Below are positions 7,203-16,754 of a stretch of DNA of 62,497 nucleotides, piece after piece (position 1 is the first letter of the stretch; each line of letters opens with the position of its first letter). The stretch comes from Patescibacteria group bacterium. Its GTDB lineage: Bacteria > Patescibacteriota > Minisyncoccia > Phycocordibacterales > UBA9973. Below the pieces are notes generated by a model that saw only the letters and a list, made by a program, of their open reading frames with translations, searched no databases and was not told where the DNA came from. Where the stretch lies: assembly GCA_038064635.1 (NCBI GenBank), contig JBBTSS010000001.1, forward strand, positions 1 through 62,497, given 5' to 3'. The translations under genes and the position numbers were made by a program.

Positions 7203-8258
7203 TTAAAAATAATCAATCTTCATTGCCTTACGGACCTCTCTCATCGTATTTTCTCCGTATTCTAATGCTTTCTTATTTCCTTGTTTAATTATTTCAAAAA
7301 TAGCTTCTTTGTCTTTTGCTAATTCTTCTCTTCTTGTACGAATTGGGGAAATAATTTCAATAAGTACTTTTGTTAGACGCTCTTTTAAAACAACATCTCC
7401 CAACCCTCCTTTTTGATATTGATTTTTAAGTTCAGATACTTTTTCTTTATCTGAATCAAAAACATCTAGATACGTAAACACAACATTGCCTTCTACTTTT
7501 CCTGGATCAGTTACTTTGATATGACTAGGGTCAGTGTATGCTTGCATGACTTTCTTTTTTATTTCTTCATCTGAATCAGAAAGATAAATACAATTATTTA
7601 AAGATTTAGACATTTTTGCATTACCATCAATTCCAACAAGACGAGGAATCTCTCCTACTACTCCTGTAACTTTAGGAAATAAATCCACGCCGTAAGTAGC
7701 ATTGAATTTTTTTGCAATATCATTGGTTTGTTCTATTACAGGCATTTGGTCGATACCAACTGGTACAGTATTTGCTCTACAAAATAATATATCCGCAGCT
7801 TGAGAAATGGGGTAATTTAAAAAACCCATTGGTATTCCTTTAAGAGATAGATCTTCTATTTTTTCATCTTCAAGCTTTGAGTTTAAATTGAAACCCTTCT
7901 CTTTTGCCTCAGTCTTAATAGTAGGGTTATGAGAAAGCTGTTGTAAAGTAACTAAATTCATGAAAAATACAGTCAGCTCAGCTATTTGGGGAACTTGGGA
8001 TTGAATAAAAATTGAAGTTTTATTAGCATCAACACCACAAGCTAAATTATCTAACACTACTTCCAACATATTGTTCCTTACTTTTTCTGGATTATCTGCA
8101 TTGTCTGTTAAGGCTTGTACATCAGCAACCATATAAAAAGAAACCTCGGATTCATTTTGTAACTTTAATCTATTTTGAATTGAACCAACATAGTGCCCTA
8201 AATGAAGTTTTCCAGTTGGTCTATCACCAGTAAGTACTATTTTCTGTTTATTTTCCAT
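7203..8258 (-). CDS. trpS: tryptophan--tRNA ligase
   Basis: Class I motifs GKLHLGHY and KMSKS. TGtTAAGAT lies 6 nt upstream of the ATG. Confidence 0.95.
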   Translation of the reverse strand: MENKQKIVLTGDRPTGKLHLGHYVGSIQNRLKLQNESEVSFYMVADVQALTDNADNPEKVRNNMLEVVLDNLACGVDANKTSIFIQSQVPQIAELTVFFMNLVTLQQLSHNPTIKTEAKEKGFNLNSKLEDEKIEDLSLKGIPMGFLNYPISQAADILFCRANTVPVGIDQMPVIEQTNDIAKKFNATYGVDLFPKVTGVVGEIPRLVGIDGNAKMSKSLNNCIYLSDSDEEIKKKVMQAYTDPSHIKVTDPGKVEGNVVFTYLDVFDSDKEKVSELKNQYQKGGLGDVVLKERLTKVLIEIISPIRTRREELAKDKEAIFEIIKQGNKKALEYGENTMREVRKAMKIDYF

Positions 8259-8364
8259 AAGAATATCTTAACATATATAGCTTATTTTTCTATCCACAAC
8301 TTTACCACAGAGTTATTAAATTAATACCTTTGACTCTATCTACACAGTTGCTAAAATGACACTA

Positions 8365-9756
8365 ATGAATCGAAACAAAAAAGACAATGTTCGCATACCA
8401 CCTCAAAGTATTTCTTCTGAACAAGCAGTACTTGGCTCTATTATGCTTCGTAAAGATGCTATCCAAGAAGTAGAAGAAGTGGTCACCCCGGACTCTTTCT
8501 ATGTAGAAAAACATAAAAAAATATTTCAAGCAATGCTTGATTTATATTTAAAAAATGAACCTATCGACATGCTCTCTCTTTCCACGAAACTTGCTGAGAA
8601 AAAACAGCTTGAAATGATCGGTGGCAATAATTACCTCGCAGAAATAGTAAATGTGGTTCCTTCATCATTAAATGTGAAGCATTATTCTGAAATAGTCCAA
8701 AAGAAATACGTTCTACGAAATCTTATCGAAGCAGCCGACTATGTAGCCGAACTCGCTTTTGAAGAAAACGATGACCACATGGACGAAATACTCGATATGG
8801 CAGAAAAGAAAATGTTTTCTGTCGTTTCTAGTCCTAAAAATCAAAAATACGTTAGCATGAAAAATGCTTTACCTGAAGCATGGGAAAGATTAGAAAAACT
8901 TCACGAACACAAAGGAGCTCTCCGCGGTGTCGCTACTGGTTTCAAAGATTTGGATAATATCTTGTCTGGTTTCCAAAATTCCGACCTCATCATTCTAGCT
9001 GCTCGTCCTTCTGTCGGTAAGACCACTCTTGCTTTAGACATAGCTCGTACTTCTGCCGTCATGGAAGATAAATCTATCCTCATCTTCTCTCTTGAAATGT
9101 CTTCTCAACAACTCGTAGACAGAATGCTCTCTGCTCAGTCTAGAGTTAATGCATGGAACTTGCGTACAGGAAGACTAAACTCTGATAACGATTTTTCTCA
9201 GCTTCGTGATTCATTAGACAAACTTGCAAAAGCGAAAATATATATAGACGATCAACCAGGAAACTCTATTGTTAAAATGAAAGCTTTATCTCGTAGAATA
9301 AAAGCAGAAAAAGGACTCGACATGATCATCGTGGACTACTTACAGCTCATGACTACATCAAAGAATTATGATTCTATGGTAAACCAAGTTACAGAAATTT
9401 CACGCTCTCTTAAGAGTCTTGCAAAAGAACTTGATGTACCAGTACTTGCACTTTCACAGCTTTCTCGTGCAGTGGAGTCTCGTGGTGGTAAGCCTCGTCT
9501 TTCTGACTTACGTGACTCAGGATCTATCGAACAGGATGCGGATGTGGTTATGTTTATCCATCGTGAAGACAAAGGTAAAAGCGAAATGGAAAAAACAAAC
9601 ATTGCGGAAATATTAATAGAAAAACACAGAAATGGTCCAACTGGTGCAATAGAACTTTACTTTGATGAAAAGACTACTTCGTTCTTGAATCTAGAAAAAA
9701 GCAGCTTAAGCGAGTTTGCTCCTTCAAAGATAAGTGGCGGACTAGATGATTTTTAA
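8365..9756 (+). CDS. dnaB: replicative DNA helicase DnaB
   Basis: Walker A ARPSVGKTT, plus IVDYLQLM and SQLSRAVE motifs. The ORF opens at 8356, but that ATG overlaps TGcTAAAAT (8349-8357). The ATG at 8365 lies 7 nt after this box. Confidence 0.9.
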   Translation: MNRNKKDNVRIPPQSISSEQAVLGSIMLRKDAIQEVEEVVTPDSFYVEKHKKIFQAMLDLYLKNEPIDMLSLSTKLAEKKQLEMIGGNNYLAEIVNVVPSSLNVKHYSEIVQKKYVLRNLIEAADYVAELAFEENDDHMDEILDMAEKKMFSVVSSPKNQKYVSMKNALPEAWERLEKLHEHKGALRGVATGFKDLDNILSGFQNSDLIILAARPSVGKTTLALDIARTSAVMEDKSILIFSLEMSSQQLVDRMLSAQSRVNAWNLRTGRLNSDNDFSQLRDSLDKLAKAKIYIDDQPGNSIVKMKALSRRIKAEKGLDMIIVDYLQLMTTSKNYDSMVNQVTEISRSLKSLAKELDVPVLALSQLSRAVESRGGKPRLSDLRDSGSIEQDADVVMFIHREDKGKSEMEKTNIAEILIEKHRNGPTGAIELYFDEKTTSFLNLEKSSLSEFAPSKISGGLDDF

Positions 9757-9766
9757 ATAAATTGAT

Positions 9767-10378
9767 ATGGATGTAATAGATAAACTCACAGAAGTATTCA
9801 AAGAATTTCCAGGTATCGGGGAACGCCAAGCACGACGTTTTGTGTATTTTCTAATGTCCAGAAATGGTGAATACTCAGGAAATTTATCTCGACTTATATT
9901 AGAATTAAAAAAAGAAATTACTCAATGTAAAGAATGTTTTAGATTTTTTATTTTAAACAATAATACAGACCACGTTTGTGATATATGCAAAAATCCAAAT
10001 TCAGATAATTCTCTTTTGATGGTAGTTGAAAAAGATTCTGATTTAGAAAGTATGAAAAAAAGTAGGATGTATAGTGGAAAATATTTTGTCTTAGGAGGAC
10101 TTGTTCCTATCATAGAAAAAAGTACACCTACTCGTGTACGTATACATGAATTACTCGAAAAAATATCTAAAAATAAAGATTTAAATGAAATAATACTTGC
10201 ATTTTCTATGTCTCCTCAAGGTGACCATACGGATTTTTATATACGTAATGAAATAAAAGAAAGAGTTTCTAGGTTAAATATAAAAATATCCTCACTTGGA
10301 CGAGGGCTTTCGACTGGCACTGAACTTGAATATTCAGACAACGAAACCTTAAAGAATGCATTAAAAAATAGACAATAA
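9767..10378 (+). CDS. recR: recombination protein RecR
   Basis: FPGIGERQARRF helix-hairpin-helix, a C4 zinc finger (CKECFRF...CDICKN) and a Toprim region. Confidence 0.9.
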   Translation: MDVIDKLTEVFKEFPGIGERQARRFVYFLMSRNGEYSGNLSRLILELKKEITQCKECFRFFILNNNTDHVCDICKNPNSDNSLLMVVEKDSDLESMKKSRMYSGKYFVLGGLVPIIEKSTPTRVRIHELLEKISKNKDLNEIILAFSMSPQGDHTDFYIRNEIKERVSRLNIKISSLGRGLSTGTELEYSDNETLKNALKNRQ

Positions 10379-10380
10379 AA

Positions 10381-10407
10381 AATCCCGATAATTATCGGGA
10401 TTTTTTA
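10381..10407. terminator. bidirectional intrinsic terminator between recR and rplU
   Basis: AATCCCGATAA pairs with TTATCGGGATT, flanked by A and T runs. Confidence 0.75.
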
Positions 10408-10408
10408 T

Positions 10409-10726
10409 TTATTTTATAGAAGTGATTTTTACTTTAAAGAAAGGTTGTCTGTGTCCATTTCGGCGTAGATATCGAGATTTTTGTTTATATTTTACAACAA
10501 GGACTTTCTTTGCTCGGCCTATTTCTGTAATTAAAGCGTCTACTTTTGCACCAGTAATATATGGAGTACCAATAGTAGTATTTTTACCATCGTCTACCAA
10601 TAAAACCTTATCAAAAGACAGCTTATCTCCTACTGCAAATTCCCCTTTCATTTTTTCGATAGAAACAACAGAGTCTTTAGAGACCTTATATTGCTTACCA
10701 CCTGTTTTTATTACTGCAAATTCCAT
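10409..10726 (-). CDS. rplU: 50S ribosomal protein L21
   Basis: MEFAVIKTGGKQYKV... is the canonical L21 N-terminus. The longer ORF begins with TTG upstream. Confidence 0.85.
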   Translation of the reverse strand: MEFAVIKTGGKQYKVSKDSVVSIEKMKGEFAVGDKLSFDKVLLVDDGKNTTIGTPYITGAKVDALITEIGRAKKVLVVKYKQKSRYLRRNGHRQPFFKVKITSIK

Positions 10727-10818
10727 AAGGTCCATAATATACGAAATGCTTTTAAAATGCAAGTCTTGTAGGATATTTACCTTGGCGGGTCACAAAACTG
10801 ATGATATAATGCCCTTAT

Positions 10819-11841
10819 ATGCAAACCAAAATAATTGAAAGGTATTTTTTCTTTGGATTTCTATTAACAACTCTAGTTTTTGCTTTTTTTATTTTTAAAC
10901 CTTTCTGGGTAGTTCTAGTGTTAGGTATAGCTTTTTCTGTTGTTTTTTATCCTATGTATGAATGGTTTAATAAAAAAAATCTACCTCATTGGCTTTCTAG
11001 TTTTCTAACTGTAACAGTATTCACCATCATACTTTTAGGCCCCATCCTAGGTATAGGAGCTATTGTTTTTAATCAAAGTCAAGAAGCCTACTTCTATCTA
11101 GTCACTGGAGGTAATTCTGGACCTTTTATTGATTCAATAGAAAATGCAGCAAACAAATTGCTCCCTGATAGTGTAAATTTTGATGCAAGTCAGAAGATCT
11201 CAGAATTTGTCTTTTTTGTAACAAACAATATTGCAAAAATATTTAGCACTACTTTGTCTGCATTCTTCTCATTTACTTTAATGCTTCTTGCGATGTTTTA
11301 TTTCTTTAAAGATGGACACCAATGGAAAAAAACTTTGATAAAACTAAGCCCTCTTAGAGATGAAGACGACTCAAAAATAATCCAAAAATTAACGAATGCT
11401 ATAAATGGTGTAGTGAAAGGATATATATTGATAGGATTTTTACAAGGTACATTTTTAGGTCTTGGACTTTGGATAGTGGGTATACCAAATCCTGCTCTTT
11501 GGGGTGTCGTCGCAGCTGTGGCATCTCTAATACCTATGGTTGGTACTGGATTCGTCTCTGTACCTGCTATTATATATCTTTTGGCCACTGGACATACCGG
11601 AGCCGCGATAGGACTTTTGGCTTGGTCTCTGACACTAGTAGGCACTATTGATAATATTTTAAATCCTTACCTCATAGGTGGAAAAATAAATTTACCACCT
11701 TTATTGGTACTTATTTCTGTTTTGGGGGGAATTTCTCTTTTAGGACCTATTGGTATACTAGTAGGACCACTTACTATTTCATTACTTTATACTTTAATTT
11801 CAATTTACAAAAACGAATTCAAGGATTCACAAGAAGCTTAA
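10819..11841 (+). CDS. AI-2E family (PerM/UPF0118) transporter
   Basis: Multi-TM protein with the typical C-terminal P..G...G.L.GP region. TGaTATAAT lies 8 nt upstream of the ATG. Confidence 0.8.
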   Translation: MQTKIIERYFFFGFLLTTLVFAFFIFKPFWVVLVLGIAFSVVFYPMYEWFNKKNLPHWLSSFLTVTVFTIILLGPILGIGAIVFNQSQEAYFYLVTGGNSGPFIDSIENAANKLLPDSVNFDASQKISEFVFFVTNNIAKIFSTTLSAFFSFTLMLLAMFYFFKDGHQWKKTLIKLSPLRDEDDSKIIQKLTNAINGVVKGYILIGFLQGTFLGLGLWIVGIPNPALWGVVAAVASLIPMVGTGFVSVPAIIYLLATGHTGAAIGLLAWSLTLVGTIDNILNPYLIGGKINLPPLLVLISVLGGISLLGPIGILVGPLTISLLYTLISIYKNEFKDSQEA

Positions 11842-11845
11842 ATTT

Positions 11846-13225
11846 ATGCCGATACAGTTTTACAATTCTCTAACAAAAGAAAAAGAAATATTTAAGCCAT
11901 TAAATGAGAATGAAGTACGTATGTACTCTTGTGGGCCTACTGTCTATAACTATCCACATATAGGTAATTATCGAGCTTATATATTTGCTGATATTTTGAA
12001 AAGAACCCTGGCTTACTCTGGATACAACGTAAAACACATAATGAATTTGACCGATGTTGATGACAAGACTATCCGAGATTCTCAGAAAGAAGGAAAAAGC
12101 TTAAAAGAATTTACGGAATTTTACAGTGAAGAATTTTTTAAAGATATTCAAACACTAAACATCTTACCTCCCACCAAATTCACAAAAGCTACTGACTATA
12201 TACCAGAAATGGTGAACATCATAGAAAATCTCTTAGAAAAGGGTTATGCATATACCAGCTCAGACGGTAGTGTGTATTTTGATATAAATAAATTCAACAC
12301 TTACGGAAAATTATCTGGTGCAACAATCCAAAATCAAAAAGAAAATGCTCAAGGCAGAATAAAATCTGACGAATACGACAAAGATAACGTAGAAGATTTT
12401 GCTTTATGGAAAAGCTGGGACGAAAATGATGGTGATGTTTCTTGGGATCCTTCTTCATGGGTTGGATCAAATTCAGTATTAAAAAAAGGAAGACCTGGGT
12501 GGCATATAGAGTGTTCTGCTATGTCTATCGCAAACCTAGGTAACGAACTCGACATACATACAGGCGGAGTAGACAATATGTTTCCTCATCATGAAAATGA
12601 AATAGCACAATCAGAAAGCTATACCGGAAAACAATTTGTAAAATACTGGATGCACAACGAATGGGTACTTGTAGACCATAAAAAGATGGCAAAGTCTTTT
12701 GGAAATTTCTACAAACTTCAAGATTTAAAAGATCAAAATGTGAACCCTCTAGCCTATCGATTTTGGCTACTTATGGCGAGTTATAGAAGCAAGGTAAACT
12801 TTGTCTGGGAGGCCCTCCTAGGGGCTGAAATGGGCTTAAAAAGACTGTTTAGACTGTATTTAGACCTTGGACCTGACATAGGTGAAATCAATCAATCCTA
12901 CAAAGAAAGATTCACAGCTTTTATAGAAGATGACTTAGACACTCCTCGAGCATTAGCCCTAGTATGGGAACTTGTGAAAGATGAGACGATACAAAACAAA
13001 GACAAGAAGGCTACTCTAATCGACTTTGATAAAGTACTAGGACTTGGTTTTGAAAACTTAACAGAAGACGAAATTCCAGAAGAAATAAAAATACTAGTTG
13101 AACAAAGAGAACAAGCTCGTAAAGAAAAAGATTTTAAAAAATCAGATGAATTAAGAACACAGATAAATGATCTTGGTTACGAAATAAAAGATTCAAACAC
13201 AGAACAAAAAATCTCTAGAATATAA
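11846..13225 (+). CDS. cysS: cysteine--tRNA ligase
   Basis: HIGN and KMAKS motifs, and the GWHIECSAM zinc site. Confidence 0.95.
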   Translation: MPIQFYNSLTKEKEIFKPLNENEVRMYSCGPTVYNYPHIGNYRAYIFADILKRTLAYSGYNVKHIMNLTDVDDKTIRDSQKEGKSLKEFTEFYSEEFFKDIQTLNILPPTKFTKATDYIPEMVNIIENLLEKGYAYTSSDGSVYFDINKFNTYGKLSGATIQNQKENAQGRIKSDEYDKDNVEDFALWKSWDENDGDVSWDPSSWVGSNSVLKKGRPGWHIECSAMSIANLGNELDIHTGGVDNMFPHHENEIAQSESYTGKQFVKYWMHNEWVLVDHKKMAKSFGNFYKLQDLKDQNVNPLAYRFWLLMASYRSKVNFVWEALLGAEMGLKRLFRLYLDLGPDIGEINQSYKERFTAFIEDDLDTPRALALVWELVKDETIQNKDKKATLIDFDKVLGLGFENLTEDEIPEEIKILVEQREQARKEKDFKKSDELRTQINDLGYEIKDSNTEQKISRI

Positions 13226-13254
13226 TTCTAGAGATTTTTTGTTTATATTAAATT

Positions 13255-14379
13255 TTATAGTAATTTTGCTATATCTTTATAAGTGATATAAACCATAAGC
13301 AGAATAAGCAACCAAAAACCTATCATGTTTGCTGTATTTGCAAAATTCTGGTTCAATCTTTTGCCACGTATCTTTTCAATAAGTAAAAAAAGTAATCTAC
13401 CTCCATCAAGCGCTGGAAAAGGTAAAAGATTTATAACTGCAAGATTTACTGAGATAAGGGCTGCAAAAGAAATAAGATAAGCGAAGCCAAATTTTGAAGC
13501 ATCACCTACAACGCTCACCATACCCACAGGACCAGTAAGAGAGCTTGAAACATTTTCACCTTGTACTGCTTGTTTTATTATAGAAAAGAGCCCTACAACA
13601 GTAGCTTTAGTCACGTTCCAGTCTAACTTCATACCTTCAACAAAGGCACTAAAGAAAGGGAGTTTTAAAATTCCAATTTCATCCATAGAAATACCTATTA
13701 TTGGATTATTTTCTGCATTTAATTTCGGAATCATTTTTGCAGTTAAAGTAGTAGCATCGTTACCTCTCAAATATGAAATTTCAACTTCTTCTATCTCTGT
13801 ATCTTTTTGTGAACGTATAAAATTTGTAAAAGCTTCAGGATTAATTTGGTCTAAAGTTTTGACAGTATTTGCATCACCAAAACTTTTTACAGCGACAATT
13901 TTGTCCCCTGTTTTAAGTCCAGCTATTTCTGCAGGTGAATCTTTTAAAACAGAAAGAACTGTAAGATGAGTATTCTGAAGTACTACATCCTTAGGCGCAC
14001 TTTGAACAGAAGTAGGAAGTCCTGTCATAAAACCAATAGAAAATAGTAACCATGCAAGTAAGAAGTTTGCTGCAATACCTGCGAAAAGTACTATGGCTTG
14101 TTGCCAACGAGGTTTATTTACAAAACTTCTTGATGCTTCTGGTCCATTTGTATTTTCTTCATTTGGGTCTTCACCGAAAATCTTCACAAATCCTCCAATA
14201 GGCAACCAATTCAAAGTGTATTCTGTCTCCCCTTTTTTAAACAAAGTCATCATTTTTGGAGGAAAACCAAAACCAAATTCATCTACTCGTACACCAAAAC
14301 CTTTCGCAGTAAAAAAATGCCCAGCTTCGTGAACCAAAACAAGCACTAATAGTATAATGATAAAGATAATTATATTCAT
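13255..14379 (-). CDS. rseP: RIP metalloprotease RseP (M50 site-2 protease with PDZ domain)
   Basis: HEAGHF and NLLPFPALDGG motifs with an internal PDZ-like segment. Confidence 0.85.
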   Translation of the reverse strand: MNIIIFIIILLVLVLVHEAGHFFTAKGFGVRVDEFGFGFPPKMMTLFKKGETEYTLNWLPIGGFVKIFGEDPNEENTNGPEASRSFVNKPRWQQAIVLFAGIAANFLLAWLLFSIGFMTGLPTSVQSAPKDVVLQNTHLTVLSVLKDSPAEIAGLKTGDKIVAVKSFGDANTVKTLDQINPEAFTNFIRSQKDTEIEEVEISYLRGNDATTLTAKMIPKLNAENNPIIGISMDEIGILKLPFFSAFVEGMKLDWNVTKATVVGLFSIIKQAVQGENVSSSLTGPVGMVSVVGDASKFGFAYLISFAALISVNLAVINLLPFPALDGGRLLFLLIEKIRGKRLNQNFANTANMIGFWLLILLMVYITYKDIAKLL

Positions 14380-14382
14380 AGA

Positions 14383-14934
14383 TTAATTCATTACTTCTTT
14401 TTCCTTTTTTTCGAAAATTGCTTCTAAATTTGCATTTGCTTCGTCTATTATTTTCTGCAACTCCCCTTTCGCAAAGAATTTTTCATCCTCTGTAAGTTTT
14501 CCATTTTTTTCTTCTGCTTGAACCTCATCCCAGATTCTTTCTCTTTCTTGACGTACGGTTATTCTAGATTCTTCTAATTTTTGTTTTAACACTTTTACAA
14601 GGGTGAGTCTGGTTTCGGTAGTAAGTTGAGGAAAAATAACGCGGATTCCAGCATCATCAGTAGCCACAGAAAGACCGAGGTTTGCAGCCTGAATAGCTTT
14701 TTCGATAGCTTTTATTTGAGTTTTATCCCAAGGTACGATACGAAGAGTCTTTGGATCTTCAATGTTTACAGAAGCCATATTTTTTATTGGTCCATAACTT
14801 CCATAAGATTCAACAGCAACTCCATCAAGCACCATTGGTGACGCCCGGCCGATATTCAACTGACTAAATTCTTTACTTAAAAACTCTTCTACTTTCTTTA
14901 ATTCGGTTTTAAATTGTGAAAAATTGTAATTCAT
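14383..14934 (-). CDS. frr: ribosome recycling factor
   Basis: Full-length RRF-like sequence (…RIVPWDKTQIKAIEKAI…LTEDE…). Confidence 0.95.
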   Translation of the reverse strand: MNYNFSQFKTELKKVEEFLSKEFSQLNIGRASPMVLDGVAVESYGSYGPIKNMASVNIEDPKTLRIVPWDKTQIKAIEKAIQAANLGLSVATDDAGIRVIFPQLTTETRLTLVKVLKQKLEESRITVRQERERIWDEVQAEEKNGKLTEDEKFFAKGELQKIIDEANANLEAIFEKKEKEVMN

Positions 14935-14944
14935 ATTGTGTGTA

Positions 14945-15694
14945 TTATATCATTTTCTCAGGTATTCCCAAAGCTACTGATTCCATAAGACTTTTGGCTG
15001 ATGAACCTGGCTGACGGAGGTATTTACGTACAATAAACATCTGCTTAAAAAGTTCTACATAGGGTAACCCTATGTGATTTGATTTAGATATTTTTTTATG
15101 TAAAACGAATTCTAAGTTATCTAAAAATCTCAATGCCCGAGCTCGCGGTGAATCCTTCTCATTTCCCTCTTCTTCGTCTTCATCGACAGCTAATAATTCT
15201 TTTAAAAAATCTATCCTCTTAACTAAAGGCAACTTTATAAATTTTTCTGCCTCTAAAGTATTTTCCTCCATTAGGTCTTGCCTAGCGGACGCAGACTCAG
15301 ATTTAATTACAAAAAATCTAGATAAAAGTGTTGGAATAAATATCTGTGTGCTTGGTGTCACTATAAAAAAATGCGTATTTTCTATTGGTTCTTCAAATAC
15401 TTTTAATAATGAATTTTGAGCTTCTAATAAAAAACTATTTGCAGATATTAAAAATATTTTTTTACTAGTAGCTTCTCCAGAAAAAGACCTGTCGCTCGTC
15501 ATGGATTTTAAATTTCTTGCATCATCTATTTTAAAACTATCTATATCTAAATTATAAAAATCAGGGTTAGCAGAAGTTTTTATATTTAAATCTTCTAAAA
15601 TAGAAAAAACTTGAGGGATGATTTCATTTTTATCACCTTCTAATAAATACGCATGATGTAAGTTTTTTTTATCTATATGTAAAGAAATTTGCAT
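14945..15694 (-). CDS. holB: DNA polymerase III delta'-like subunit (short form)
   Basis: HHAYLLEG and LLKVFEEP motifs typical of delta-prime/clamp-loader AAA+ proteins. Only 249 aa long. Confidence 0.6.
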   Translation of the reverse strand: MQISLHIDKKNLHHAYLLEGDKNEIIPQVFSILEDLNIKTSANPDFYNLDIDSFKIDDARNLKSMTSDRSFSGEATSKKIFLISANSFLLEAQNSLLKVFEEPIENTHFFIVTPSTQIFIPTLLSRFFVIKSESASARQDLMEENTLEAEKFIKLPLVKRIDFLKELLAVDEDEEEGNEKDSPRARALRFLDNLEFVLHKKISKSNHIGLPYVELFKQMFIVRKYLRQPGSSAKSLMESVALGIPEKMI

Positions 15695-15703
15695 CTTTAT
15701 AGA

Positions 15704-16717
15704 TTATTTTTTACTTAAAATAGCTTTCTTGTATACATCTAAGTGATCCAAGGCTATCCCCGTTCCCTTTACTACACAATACAAAGCATCGTCAGCCACA
15801 GCTGCTTTTACGCCAGTCTTTCTATATACCAAATCAGCCAAATTACGAAGGAGTGATGACCCACCAGTCATGATAATACCGTGGTCTATTATATCCGACG
15901 CGAGTTCTGGAGGAGTTTCTCCTAATACATCTTTGATAGCTTTTATGATCTGCTTTAATTCTCCGTCGATTGCCTTAACTATCTCATTTGTACCGACTTG
16001 AGCACTACGAGGAAGACCTTGGATAAAGTCACGTCCCTTGATAGTGACTTTTAATTCTTCTTCTAGTGGTACAGCTGCACCTATCTTTATCTTTACTTCT
16101 TCTGCGGTCTTGTCTCCAATGGCAAGGTTAAAAGTTTTTTTGATATAGTCAGCAATAGCCGCGTCTATTTTGTTCCCTGCACACTTTACAGAAGTAGAAG
16201 CCACTATGCCTCCGAGTGATATCACAGCCACGTCCGTCGTACCTCCACCGATGTCTACTATCATATAACCTTTTGATTCATGAATAGGAATACCAGCACC
16301 AATAGCAGCAAGAATAGGCTCCTTCACCACATAAGCATTTTTTGCTCCAGCCTTAATAGTGGCTTCGATGACAGCTCTTCTTTGAGTTGAAGTGACTCCC
16401 GCAGGAACAGAGACCATCACATCAGGTTTGAAAAAATTAAACTTTCCCATCGCTTTATTTATAAAATACCGGAGCATTGCTTCTGTCACTCGATAGTCTG
16501 CTATAACACCGTCCTTCATCGGTCTATATGCGATGATAGAATCTGGTGTTTTACCTATCATATTCTTTGCTTCAAAACCAATAGCTAGTATTTTATTGTC
16601 TTGTTCTGAAACAGCTACAACAGAAGGTTCATTTAAAACGATGCCTTTACCAGGCAAAAACACGAGAGTATTTGCTGTACCTAAGTCTATTCCTAATTTT
16701 CTTGAAAAAATACCCAT
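15704..16717 (-). CDS. mreB: rod shape-determining protein MreB
   Basis: Actin-fold motifs GIDLGTANT and DIGGGTTDVAV. Confidence 0.95.
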   Translation of the reverse strand: MGIFSRKLGIDLGTANTLVFLPGKGIVLNEPSVVAVSEQDNKILAIGFEAKNMIGKTPDSIIAYRPMKDGVIADYRVTEAMLRYFINKAMGKFNFFKPDVMVSVPAGVTSTQRRAVIEATIKAGAKNAYVVKEPILAAIGAGIPIHESKGYMIVDIGGGTTDVAVISLGGIVASTSVKCAGNKIDAAIADYIKKTFNLAIGDKTAEEVKIKIGAAVPLEEELKVTIKGRDFIQGLPRSAQVGTNEIVKAIDGELKQIIKAIKDVLGETPPELASDIIDHGIIMTGGSSLLRNLADLVYRKTGVKAAVADDALYCVVKGTGIALDHLDVYKKAILSKK

Positions 16718-16754
16718 AAGGACAATATATCACAGTATATGCTAGAATAAAAAC

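Noticed and set aside
10422-10838. 138-aa ORF on the plus strand
   Set aside because: It is antisense to rplU (L21), which is unambiguous.
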